A DNA stretch of 64,000 nucleotides from NCBI GenBank assembly GCA_964016885.1, contig OZ024740.1, positions 136,462,001 to 136,526,000 on the forward strand. Reading direction: 5' to 3'. Shown piece after piece: positions 26,884 to 39,149 of the stretch; position 1 is the first letter of the stretch, and each line of letters opens with the position of its first letter. The notes under the pieces were generated by a model, which searched no databases, was not told where the DNA came from, and saw only the letters and a program-made list of their open reading frames with translations. The translations under genes and the position numbers were made by a program. Source of the DNA: Eledone cirrhosa (Eukaryota).

Positions 26884-27693
26884 GTCGGTAACCCATCACA
26901 CCTGTTTATTTAAGGTAATATGATAAATATTCATTCACTGATTCGTCTTCGCAGTTTATAGTTTATAATTAATTCCTATCATTCATTTCCATTAATCTTA
27001 AAATTCAGCTACTTCTACTTTGTTATGTTTAATAATAATCTCATAACAGAAATATACAGGCCCACATATTTTGTAAACACAATAGTAAATTACTTCCGTG
27101 TATCGTCATTCTCAAGAGTATTATTGACGTCACTACATAACTAATTTCTTCCTTCGGTGATTGGTTGTCCCTTCATTTCTGTTAGTTTTAGGGGGGGGGG
27201 GGTTCTATTGCACTTTATAAGACTTTTCTATGGTGTTTTAATGCTTTTGTCACATTCCTTAAATTTTACATTTAACATATATATAATGCTTTCATAAAGT
27301 AATGAAAAATCAGATTTAATTCGTAACCGAAATGTTTCAGTGTTGTGCATTTGTATATATGTATGTATCTAACCCCTCGTGTATTGGTAGTGGTGTCATG
27401 ACATACAGAATGTCGTGAGCATTTCATACATGGCGGAGTCATGGGGTAGGAAATGTATTTTGTGCGTAAATGTTAAACAGATACAAAGGGAGTTATGTAT
27501 TAATATAAACAAACATAGATTGGGAGGGTTCGAAATCCATATATGATCGAGCAGGCTCTAAAGGTTTTCAGCCAATATACTAAAAATACAACTAAATCTC
27601 ATAGTTAGCCAATAACAATAACTGTAGCGCCTAATACCTAAGAATTATGCAGTCTGTGTTGCCTATATATAATCTAATCTTTGATTCATTTTA

Positions 27694-27833
27694 CCACCTC
27701 CTTAGAGGTGCGAAAAAATTGCGAAGAGCACCTTACAGGTGCCCTCCGCGGGGTATTGGGAATAGTTTTCAACTAGCAATAACCACGCCTCGGATATACC
27801 TCATTGGCCATGGTACCGCCTCTGCGCAAAGCT
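27694..27833 (-). ncRNA. RNU4: U4 snRNA, copy 7 (terminal variant with a different upstream flank)
   Basis: Full-length U4. The 5' loop is GGTATATCC and the 3' hairpin CACCTC-TAAG-GAGGTG is fully Watson-Crick. Homology to the array stops exactly at +1. Confidence 0.94.
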
Positions 27834-28339
27834 AAAGTTTAAATTTAGTGTTGTGTATTTAACTTCACAGTATTGTTTATTACATACAGGTCTAAGCTTT
27901 TAGTTTTTTTACTTTTATTAATTTTCTTTTGTAGATTACAGACATTTTATCATTGCTTTACATGTATTTTTTTATTTTTAATGATTTTCCCTATATAATA
28001 TTTTTTGTTATTTAAATGTTCACTATAACTGATTGCAAATGTTTCTAATTACCTATATAACTTTACTCCCTGCGATTTGCTTTCTATATTGTGGGAGTGG
28101 GAGGAAGGGCAGTGAATAAAATTAACTTCCTGTTATATAGAAGTTTGTATGAAAACAACATGGACAGAATTTTATCGAAGAACAAAAAGTAGTAAAGAAT
28201 AATCGCTTAACACTGGTAAAATAGACTAAAATACATATATAGATATCGATACAACTGACGAACACCGGTCCCAAGAATTAAGGTTCATAAAGCGTATATA
28301 ACTAAGATAAATAACATTTCAAATTGTTCACAATTCTTG

Positions 28340-28775
28340 CGGAATGAAAATGTGAACACATACAATAAATACAATTAACTATTGTTAGGAACTTTACAAA
28401 TACAACGCACCAAAATATACGATAAAAATGAGAGAAAGAAAAAAAAGGGGGGGGGGGACAAAAGCGACCATCAATTATGACAATATTATCTTAAAAAATA
28501 GGTGTGGGCTGGAATATCATGGAAGGTACTGTGTTGGGCTGTTTCAATCATGCCTGTCACTGATTTATATACCTTCATTGCTTGATTAAATTATTGGTCA
28601 CTATTTTATAGAGAATATATATTGTAGTATGACAATCGGCCGCACATCATGGTAGTTTTTGATCCCCCCACCCCGTTTTTTTTTTCTCTCCCTTTGATCG
28701 TATATTTTGGTGCGTTGTATTTGTTAATTGTATTTATATGTTTATATTTTCATTCTGAAATTCGGTCAAATAATT
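28340..28775. repeat. Imperfect inverted repeat (~130-bp arms), MITE/foldback-like
   Basis: CAAATACAACGCACCAAAATATACGAT (~28397) is the reverse complement of ATCGTATATTTTGGTGCGTTGTATTTG (~28697). The A/G-runs are mirrored by C/T-runs. Confidence 0.7.
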
Positions 28776-29950
28776 GTCACATTAACATATCTAAATTTAC
28801 TAACTTAACATTCATATTCAACCGTATATATTTTATAGATATATCTTTATCTGCGCATCAACCTCGCCATCACTGCGAGTGTGCTGGCTTGCCTCAAAAA
28901 TCATTAGAGTGGTTGCGACGTTGCTCTGGTGTTGGCTCCGTTGTTCACCCCTTCTTTTACATTTTCTTTAATATGAAGGAATATATCTTTCATTATATCA
29001 TCCTTTGTAATGTTACCGAGGCATTTGTAATGTTATTTATGTATATATTTAAAACATATTTGTTATGTTATTCTACTGTAAATTTATTTATATGCTCTGT
29101 TTATATTTTCATTCTGAAGGAACTTATCCACGTGTGTTGATATAAGTGATTTTATGACTTTCCTGTAAGCATTGTGTCATTATTATATATGTTATTATAA
29201 ACTTTCTAAATGACACCGTTCTTTATCTGTAAATATATTATTTTGTTTATGAACTTATTAATAAACCTACAGAAAAAATTTCTAGTCATTACTGTTTGTT
29301 AATTATGTGTTAATTTAATCGCTACTGACAAGTAAAATAGTTATTTATTTCATTCGAACTTCTCAGAAATTATAAAGTAAAAAGTAAAAACCTTTGAGCA
29401 AATTTATGACAAATTAAAGAAAATATATATTTAGAAATAAAATAATCAAGTCAATGTCGCGAATATTGGCCAGTATAATGACTCTTGCGGTATTATGTAA
29501 GGGAAATAACTTCAGCAGCTACAACAACGCAATAAAAAATTATTTGTTTTTGTCAAGTCAGTCCTAATCGGATAAAGCTATAAATCAAAGGCGTTTCACC
29601 CGAGACGGATTCGGCGAGAGGGGAATATTTATAAGATTATGTGATCTTTAAGTATAACGTACCAGTTTCAATTTCTCAAACTTGTATCATTTTCTTTTTT
29701 AGGTTTTATTGACGTCTTGTTGCGTTCAGCTTATTTATAATATTTTAAGTTTTGATTTATGTTGTTGTTTTAAGATGTTGAAGGTGTAACTATCAGATTG
29801 TTTAGAATGTTATTATAGATGTTGATGCACTGCTGTTTAAGATGAAATATAAATGTATATAACAGATCACCGTAATTTACAGTAAATCAAAATATGTTTA
29901 TATATTATGGAACGGTAAAGTCATGAAATAAATAAATAATTGAATAAATT

Positions 29951-30215
29951 ATAATAGAACATATTGTTTACGAATAGCAATCCTAATCTTTTTAAACGAT
30001 CGACCACCACCATACTCGTATGTGTCATTGCACCATCTCCACTGAAATTCTTACAATTAACTATTGAAAAGTTCTTTAGATGAATCATTCGTCCACTTCT
30101 GTGTTTTCTTGGCTTGAGACCAAAAGGACTCAAATACCTTGTCTGTGTATGCGTGGCGATTGGCAGGATTGACAAAATTCCTTTTGAGTATACCTTTCCA
30201 TTTTGAACAACAATA
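29951..30215 (-). mobile_element. Merlin/IS1595(ISXO2)-like DDE transposase C-terminal relic
   Basis: An unlisted minus frame reads SKWKG..NFVNPANRHAYTDKVFESFWSQAKK...SSKELFNS*L*EFQWRW....FKKIRIAIRKQY*. This fits the NFVDP..G.HT..IES.W...K...YL.EF.WR signature, with stop codons. Confidence 0.7.
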
Positions 30216-31328
30216 ACCAAATTCAGAGTTTCGCTTTGGGTATATAAAATGAAAATGATTGAAAACGAAATGAACCGGCTTTTTCGTTGTAAATCTTCGA
30301 CTTTGGCGTATTTTTTATTGATAAATTGAAATGATTTATTTGTGGAAAAAATTCTTCTTCTTCTCGATGGTCTTTCCATCTCAATTTGTAATTTTAATTT
30401 TATGTCCAGCTAAATTGTTTTTTGCTTGGAGAGCAGAAGGGCACTGCCAAGCATTTCTAAGGCCCATTGAAATGCCAGTTAAACATCTAGATTGGCACCC
30501 TAATGACTGGAAGCACCAGTTACAGTAACTTGATTGATTGAGAATTGTTAATAAATTATTAAAGTATAGAGATTAGTTTCTTAGTGCTGATTTCTTCCAA
30601 TAACTATACTTGTGTAAGACAAGTGATCATCTATTACAGTAAAGCTGTTGTATATTTTGTGTTAAATGCTAGTCATGCTGGAAATATGATGGTAACAGTG
30701 TGTGTGTGTGTTCATGAGAGAGAAAGGACAATGGTGGTAGCAGAAACACAGAACTTTTTATTTAAATCCCATACTGTAACAAATCTTTATGGAAATGTGA
30801 TAATAAGAGTGTGTATGTGAAAGAGAAAAAGAGAGGTGGTGGCAATACTGGCGGCAGGTACACTGAAAACTTTTTTTATTTGTGTGCGTAACTTTTAAAT
30901 AAAATATTTTAAATGTCATATAGATCTTTAATGCTTAGTGGTTGTTTCTAACTAACCATGGAATTTTTACAGGGTCAAAAACTGAAAGTCAAACTTAATA
31001 TTAAAATTGTGATAACAATACTTCAAGATGGCCTTTTCTTATGACAACTAAGAGCTGGTAAACTTATCTAACTGCATCAGAATTTACAGATGGTTTATGT
31101 CTTAGTGATACTCAAGCTTCATACCCTTATCTAATTTTCCTACCTTATAAAAAAGCTTAATGAAATGCCTTACTCAAGGACACAATGTTCCAGGTGGCAC
31201 ATTGTGTCCTTGAGCAAGGCACTTCATTTCACATTGCTCCAGTTCATACAATTGAAAAATGAGTATGAGCAATAGCTGGAGGTTAACATTGCATTGAACT
31301 AGTGTCCCATTGAAGTACTCTCAATTGC

Positions 31329-31557
31329 TTAACCCTTTAGCATTCACATTACTCTATATCTACTATTGTATTTTCGCGGTAAAGGTTTTATCTCACATAA
31401 TTATTCACATCGAATCTATGAGATTTTTATGATTTTATTATTTACTTTGAAAACAAGACCGTAACATCAGTATGAGTGGCTAGTTACAGCTGGTTTTAAC
31501 AGAAAGAGGTGAGAGAATTCTGGCCGGATATGGCCGCTTTAAATATTAAAGGGTTAA
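31329..31557 (+). mobile_element. piggyBac-type MITE with TTAA TSD
   Basis: Termini are TTAA-CCCTTTAG...TTAAAGGG-TTAA. Confidence 0.75.
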
Positions 31558-32176
31558 TGCCACAAGAAACTAGAATAAGCTCCAGCCTGATGAGCCCCTA
31601 GGTTTGAGAAAGACTAACCTTTTAAGTGTAAAAGCAAATAGTTTAGAAAGTGATTTCCTGTTCTATTGAACTGGTTGAGATAATCTTTTTTAAAACTGTG
31701 TTTATCAATAAGAATTGTTTCTGTCAAGTATAACTAATCTGTAAACAAGTAACTACCTTGTTTGCCTTGAAGCTAGTTTTTCCTCTCATGGTTAGATGAC
31801 TGAAATGGAGTTAGGAATAGGTTTGCAATGATAAAATGGCAGATAATCAGTATTGACTATATTGGCCATTTTGCTGATTATCAGCCATTAATGTTTTAGA
31901 GTAAGAACCCCATTGGTAACAGAAAAATGGTTCTGTAATACAAAACTGTTTATTTTAAAGTGTTTCTATTTATCTAACGTTGTTAGATTATGTTCCAAAC
32001 ACTAGCTTAATAATGAGAAAGTTAGTTATATTTCTAAATCACTCCAAATTCTTGATTATTTGCAAAATGATTTGAAAATCATAGGTTTCTTTTTCATTAG
32101 AAATATAGTAAAAGGTTACAAGCCTGTGTTCTTAAAAAATCAAAATTATGAAAGATTAGATGTAGGACAGCTGGCT

Positions 32177-32381
32177 TTAACCCTTTAATGTTAAAACCGG
32201 CCAGAATTCTCTACCTTTTTCTGTTGAAACTGGCTGTAACTGGTCACTCAAACTAATGTTAAGGTATTGTTCTCAAAATAAATACTTTCAAAATCTCATA
32301 GATTCGATATTATGTGAGGTAAAGCCTTTACCATGAAAATATAATAGGATATATAGAGTAATGTGAATGCTAAAGGGTTAA
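32177..32381 (-). mobile_element. Second copy of the TTAA MITE, opposite orientation
   Basis: TTAA-CCCTTTAA...CTAAAGGG-TTAA. The internal sequence is the reverse complement of 31329-31557. Confidence 0.75.
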
Positions 32382-33592
32382 GTACAAATGACAGCTTTCA
32401 GTTTTGTCAAATTCATAGTAGTGTTAATTTTATGTCATAACGTTCTGTTCATCTATCTGTCAGTACTTATGTACGTAGGTACATTTGAATGTATGCATGT
32501 ATGTTTGTATAGTATTTATATGTCTAGGTATATATACACGCACATACACATATCATCATCATCAGGATCATCAACATTTTACGGCCACTTTTTCATGTTT
32601 ACAAAAATACACCCTGCAACATTTTCTAAAGTAGCTGGCGGGCACCCAACCAAAGAATTAATGCCAAATATGGAATGCATTAAGCAAGATGAAGCTGCTC
32701 CAACCTAACTGTTCTGGGACCATGATAAACTGTCCAACCCATGCTAGCATGAAATTTGGATGTAAAATGATGGTAATGATGATGATATACGTCATACCAT
32801 CATCATCATAATCATTTTCCACACTAACATGGGTTAGACGAAATATATATATATGTGTGTGTATACATGTGTTCTGCCTAATCAGGGCAGGATTTATAAG
32901 TTGAGTGTCATCCGTTTTTTGTGGAATGATTATGTAACTTCATAATACTATCAACCTTAAAAAGGAACATTCAGCCTCATTTGTTTCTGAATGAGGCCAG
33001 CAGAGAAGATGAGCTTTTTTAAAAGTGATGATAAGGTGTTACATAATCACCATCGGTTAGCCTGCACATTAATATTTGCTCACAGAAACAATCATAAAAC
33101 AATGGATTAATTACTAACTCATTTTGTTTTTTCTTATTCTTTCATTGTCTAAGATTTTATATATATATATATATATTTAAGAAAAATCTTCGTCCAAGTG
33201 AGTTTGTTTCCTGATGATTTCGAAGCTCATGAATTTATCCTTGATCGGATATTTCCAAAAGCGAATGAAACTCCAAGGGTTAGAAACGTTATCTTGGTAT
33301 GTTTATATACATTTTTTCTTCTAACTTTAATTTTATACCTAATTGTGTATGGTTGACGATATATTTAATCGATTTCCACGTGCTATTGAAATGCTGGGTA
33401 AATATTCTATAGCTGTTGATCGCGAATAGATGGTTGTCATTTAATTATCTATTATTTCTTCATAGGTGCTTTTAATCTTATAGCCTGGTTTAATTGTTTT
33501 TTTGTGTGGTTGATTATGCTGATTGAGAGAGGAGATGGTGTATATATCTTATCAAATGATTCTATGGACATACTTTATTGTGTGTGTGTGTG

Positions 33593-33642
<50 letters not shown>

Positions 33643-33643
<1 letters not shown>

Positions 33644-33973
33644 CACATGGCTTAGTGGTTAGAGCATTGGCCTTGCAATCGAAAGGTGAGTTCAATTCTC
33701 AGACCGGGTGATGTGTTGTTTCCTTGAGCAAGACACTTTATTTCACATTGCTCCAGTTTACTCAGCTGTAGAAATGAGATGATAGGACTGGGGTCCATAT
33801 CATTCCACTGCAAATTGGTCGTGTAGGTGCCACAACAAAAAAGCACCCAGCACTCACTGTAAATGAGGTTGGTGTTAGGAAGGGCATCCAGCTGTAGAAA
33901 TCAAGCCAGAATCAGTTCCTGTCCCACCCTTGCGAGCAGGGAAAAGCAGACGTAAAATGATGATGATGATGAT
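33643..33973 (+). mobile_element. tRNA-derived CORE-like SINE with RTE-type tail
   Basis: A box TGGCTTAGTGG, B box GAGTTCAATTC, CORE-like CCTTGAGCAAGACACTT...CAGCTGTAGAAATG, and a tail ending GACGTAAAA(TGA)n. Confidence 0.85.
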
Positions 33974-33984
33974 CCAGCTCTATT

Positions 33985-34270
33985 GAAGAATCGGATGTAA
34001 TGTGCAAGATAAAAGACTGTGCCAGTATGGACAATGCATATGAACGGTGAACCCTGGGTGAAGAAGCACCAGGTGATGCCAGTGGAGAGGAGTTATGGCA
34101 GAGGAAGACCAAGAAAAACCCGGACAGATGCGGTTAGAGTTGATCTGGAAATACTGAACCTTACTGTTGTAATGAGGAAGGATGACTATGAATGGAAGAA
34201 AACTGAGCTGGAAAGGACCTATCAAACCCATGCAAGCATAAAATGGCAGATGTAAAAATGATGATGATGC
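33985..34270 (+). mobile_element. 3' fragment of an RTE LINE
   Basis: Encodes GRGRPRKT...VRVDL and ends in the ACCCATGC..GATGTAAAA(ATG)n tail. Confidence 0.7.
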
Positions 34271-34608
34271 ATGATTCAGAGTGATTAGAAACCATCACTT
34301 CAAGAATAGGAAATCATCAGGAAAGCTTTCCTGATGATTTCTTTTGAATGAAACAGTTCTAGTCCTGTAGAAGCCATTTCTATATTAATCTTGATGTTTA
34401 CACTATATTGAGTACCTTACTTACTGTGGTTACCTGCGACACACACACATCTTACACCAAAGATGATTGAATTGCGTCACGTTGAGTGCTTTTCATAATA
34501 TTGCATCATGGTTAACTGCACAGAATAAAATGTTCTATCCAGTAGTGAACCACCAATTTCAATGAATATATATATATATATATACATGCATTGTGTGTGT
34601 ATATATAT

Positions 34609-37395
34609 ATCATCATCATCATCATCATCGTTTAACGTCCATCTTCCACGCTTGCATGGGTTTGGACGGGAGTTTTCCCACTTGAGGCAAGATTGGTTGT
34701 CCTGCTCGTATAGGACTGTCTGGTGGGTTTTCTACGGCTGGATGCCCTTCCTAACACCAACCACGTTTACAGTGTGGACTGGGAGGTTTTTACCGTGTTA
34801 CCTACATGGCCACATTACAGCATGGACTGTGTTTTTTTGTCGTGACACCTACACGTCTGGTGGGTTTTCTACGGCTGGGTGCCCTTCCTAACACCAACCA
34901 CGTTTACAATGTGGACTGGCAGGTTTTTACTGTGTTACCTACATGGCAACATTACAGAGTGGACTGTGTTTTTTTGTCGTGACACCTACACGTCTGGCGG
35001 GTTTTCTACGGCTGGGTGCCCTTCTCAACACCAACCACATTTACAGTGTGAACTGGGAGGTTTTACCGTGTTACCTACACGGCCACATTACAGCATGGAC
35101 TGTGTTTTTTTTGTCGTGACACCTACACGACCTCATTTTTTTCGGAACGGATGTTGTAGTACCAACATAACTTCACATTTAAGGGGGTGGTGTGGATGGG
35201 GTGGGGGTAGTGGGACGGGGGTGTATTTTGTTAGAGGTGCCTACTGACTGTAGGTTTCGCTTTGTACTTAGGCAAGGCGGGTCTTCTGTATAACTGTGTA
35301 GCGCCAAAGATCTCGGTCCAATGACATTGTCTTGGCGAGGTGTAAGTGTGTGAGGTCGGAATTTATCAAGTCGTCCCAGGTTTTTCTGGGTCTACCTACT
35401 CCGTGGCTACCATCTATTTTTATCGCCCTGCACTTTTTTATACAGCTGTCGTCTTTCATGCGCATCACGTGACCGTACCAAAGTAGTCTTCTCTCGAGTA
35501 AACAACATCTGATCCCTCTTATTCCTAATTTCTCCCTTAGTTCGTTTATGCTTTGCCGTTCACGTATATTACTATTACACATCCAGCGGAGCATTCAAGC
35601 TTCGTTTCTCTCCAGACTGCGTATATCCTCTGCACACAATGCCCAGGTCTCACTGCCATGTAACATTGTTGTTCGTATGCAGGCATCATACAGCCTGCCT
35701 TTCATTTTTAGAGAGAACCCTTTAGCGGCCAATAGTGGTATAAGCTCTCTGAACTTTTTCCATCCCGTTCTGACTCTAGCTACTGTACTTTCAGAGCACC
35801 CTCCCCCACTGCTGATTTTGTCACCCAGGTAACGGAAGATGTCCACTATTTCTATAGAACCATCTGTGCAATGGAATGAGCTAGTATTCTGTGGGCACTT
35901 GCTGCTACTTATTGCAACAGAGCACCGGCCACATATAAAATCTATATTCTTAGTTAGCTTACCTGTGATCACACTACATCTTTTATGCACCCAAATTTTG
36001 CATTTGGGACATAAAATGGAGTTTCTACCTACTCCTTTCCCACACACTGAGCATGGCCATTTCCCAGATGGGACTGGTGCCCTATTTTCCTTCCTTCAAA
36101 CTAGAACTTTAGTCTTAGACAAGTTAACTTTAAGGTCTTTTGATTGTAGGCCATGCTTCCATGTTTGGAATTTCTTCTCTAGTTCAGCCATTGATTCAGC
36201 TATGAGCGTTAGATCATTTGCATATAGGAGTTCCCATGGGCAGCCGGTCTTGAACTCCTCTGTTATAGCCTGAAGGGCAATAATAAATAGTAGGGGGCTA
36301 AGGACGGAGCCCTGATGAACACCAACTTTTACGCTAAACTCTTCACTATATTCGTTGTTAATTCTAACCTTGCTGACTGTTTCTTTATACATGGCTTGTA
36401 TAGCTCTCACAAGCCATTCAGATAAGGGCCCACTAGATAATCGAGCGGGGTACTCTGTCAAAGGCTTTCTCCAAGTCAACAAAAGCTAAGTATAGGGGTT
36501 TACTTTTAGCTAGGTACTTCTCCTGTAGTTGTCGTACAATGAAAAGAGCGTCTATTGTACAAACCCGAACTGCATTTCGTCTGGATCAATTCACTCTCTG
36601 ATTAGTTGCGCTATTACTTTTTCTGTGACCTTCATGACCTGGTCAATTTATTTAATGCTTCTATAGTTTCTCCTATCTAGGGCATCACCTTTACCCTTGT
36701 AGCAGTTAATGATGCTGCTGCTGCGCCAGTCCTTCGGAACGACCCCATTCTGTATGACTTGGTTTACTATCCAGGTGACCATAGTGTATCCCACCGTTCC
36801 AGATGCTTTCAGCATTTCAGCAACTATTTCCGAAGGCCCGGCCACCTTGCCCGTCTAACTGTCTTTGATCGCCTTACTTATTATACTACCTTCAACTTGC
36901 ACTGCTGGTCCCTCTATTGGGTCGATGTGGGGCAGACTGTCTTTCTCCCAATTATTCTCCTCGTTTAGTAGCCTTTCGTAGTGACACTTCCAAGCTACCT
37001 TCTTATCAGCGTCAGTGATGGCAAGTACGCCATCATCATTAAGGACACACTTCTCCTCGACAATATCACTGTTTTCCTTGACACATTGCCTAGCAATCCT
37101 GAACACCTCACGTTTTTGGTCCTCGCATTGTAGAACATGCTTGAACTTTCTTTCCTCTGCTTCCCTTCTTACGAAGTACACTTGTCTCTTAGCTTCCCTC
37201 CTGGCCACTTGATAGTCTTCTCTACTTCCCCCATCCCGCCATGCTTTCCAAGCCTGCTTTTTGGCCTTGATTGACCCCTCACCTTACTGTTCCACCACCA
37301 AGTTACTCTCCTCCTGCCTATAGGTCTGCTCCAGCCACAGGTTTCATCTGTCGCCTTCAGCAGGTTAGCTTTCAGGAAATCCCACTGTTCCTCTA
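34609..37395 (-). mobile_element. 5'-truncated, decayed RTE-clade LINE
   Basis: ORF pieces TWWWN, YKGKGDALDR.NYR.IK, GVHQGSVLSPLLF, ELLYANDL, FRYLGD, HGSETW and GRPRKTW, with a (GAT)n tail. The 3'UTR has a ~138-bp internal triplication (~34718-35130). Confidence 0.93.
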
Positions 37396-39149
37396 TATAT
37401 ATATATATATACATGCATTACGTATATATACAAACAGTGATGATGATGATATATATATATATACAATCTTAAAATAAATATTCATGATGCATTTGATTGG
37501 CATGATGTATTGCAGAACTCAAATGAGCTAAATAAACAGCTAAGTATTGAAGGCATTGTGCCAATATATGCACAAGAGATGCAAGATGAGATAAGGAATG
37601 CAGGAGAGATGCTGAACAGCATGTAATGCGAATCGGCAATGAATAGGTGAATCAATGCTATGTGCTGCTGTCAGGGGAAGGAACCCATGCTAGAAGAAAA
37701 AGGACAGGAATACAAGGTTAGATCTATCTCAAAGATGATGGACCACTGGAGATCAAATGATAAATGATTGAAGTTAGTGGCAGTGAGATATAACAGCAAA
37801 TAAATATAATCCACACCAGGCATTAAAATTGTAGTGGTGAGGATGAAGATGAGGAGGGTACTGGTGATCATGCCATCCTCCACTTAAATAATTAGACCCT
37901 TGAACCAGATTGTTTTGTGATTGATGCCATCCATTCTGATCTCGGTGACATGTCATGTGTCTTTAATAAGTAGAAAATGGCTCAACTTTCTTTTTCCTTA
38001 TGTATAAAATGTGAGGCCCTGTAACTCCTGATGGAATTGTAGAGGTACCATGATAACCTGGGCACTTTAAACCTCCAGGTCAACACAGCTAATTTCATTA
38101 TCACCATTTTTATGTCCACTTTTCCAGGTTTGCATGGGTTGGACGAGTCCTTCCAGTACTGGACTGCTACTTTGTTTATCGACCTCAAAATGAAGAAAGG
38201 CAAAGTTGACCTTAGTGAGATTTTGAACATAGAGGCTGCAGAGAGCCAAAACGAATACCGTAAAGTATTCTATCTGACATCCTAATGACTACCAATTCAC
38301 AGCACTCATGCCTAAAATATATCTGGTTTATGGGGTTTTTCCTTCCATCTTCCATTTATTAATTAATTCCTACATTCATATATGTATACATGTAGACATA
38401 ATATGACCAAATGGTTAAGAAGTTTACTTTACAATAACTAAGTCATGGGTTCAATCCCACTGCGTGACATCTTGCGCAAATGTCTATTGTTATTGTTGTT
38501 GTTATTTAGCCTCAGAACAGCTTAGATCCAGCAAAGGCATTTCAGTCTTTTTTTTTCCGAGCATCTTACAAACCTAAAACTAATTTATCTAATGTGACCT
38601 ATTTTTAAGACGAGTTGGCTGCTATTTCTAGCAGGCCGAGACGGCTATATATAGGCTTTCTCATTAGATTGTTTATCTTAATATCAGCCCTATGATTAAA
38701 AGCATTCTAGCCATGACCAACTCGTCCTTTCCTTTGCCGAGAAAATAGAGAATGGTTTGGAGATTTGGCTGCTATTTCTAGCAAACCAGGCGCGATCAAA
38801 TAGTACGCAAACCCATCGTCTGTTATTGTTGATGGTAGTGGCGAGTGCGGACACTAAACTCTTAGCTAGCTGAGTCAGCAAGCCAAAGCTTTTGACTTTA
38901 CCAACTCCGGTACAGGAAAAGGCATGAATGTCATGACGACACGATTCTTCTTCTATGTGAATTATGTCCTTCCGAAAAGTGGGTTTGGTTTATGGAATTA
39001 ATGAAATGGGTTCGTTCGTCGTAACAACCCATATACAATTCTATTCTATCTGAAGCAGCTTGCGTAATTAAAAGAAATATTGTCATTTGTGATGTTATAC
39101 TAATAGGTGAGTGTACAATACACACATATACGTAGCGTTGAGCCCATCT

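Larger units (their letters stand above)
1..27833. repeat. Tandem array of U4 snRNA-containing units (five ~5.1-5.7 kb units plus a 950-bp terminal unit), continuing off the left edge
   Basis: The same ORF set recurs at 26, 5681, 10781, 16185, 21313 and 26706. U4 5' ends fall at 203, 5858, 10958, 16362, 21490, 26883 and 27833. The long units are near-identical. Confidence 0.97.

Noticed and set aside
28649-29140. 163-aa ORF and a GC-richer patch at 28850-28950 as a possible minor snRNA
   Set aside because: Low-complexity hydrophobic translation overlapping an inverted repeat arm. The patch does not match U11, U12 or U4atac by eye.
29921-30379. 152-aa minus-strand ORF
   Set aside because: No recognisable protein. 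The real signal is a broken Merlin transposase in another frame.
31587-31600. CTGATGAG hammerhead-like core
   Set aside because: No downstream GAAA or stems. It lies in a SINE-type tail.
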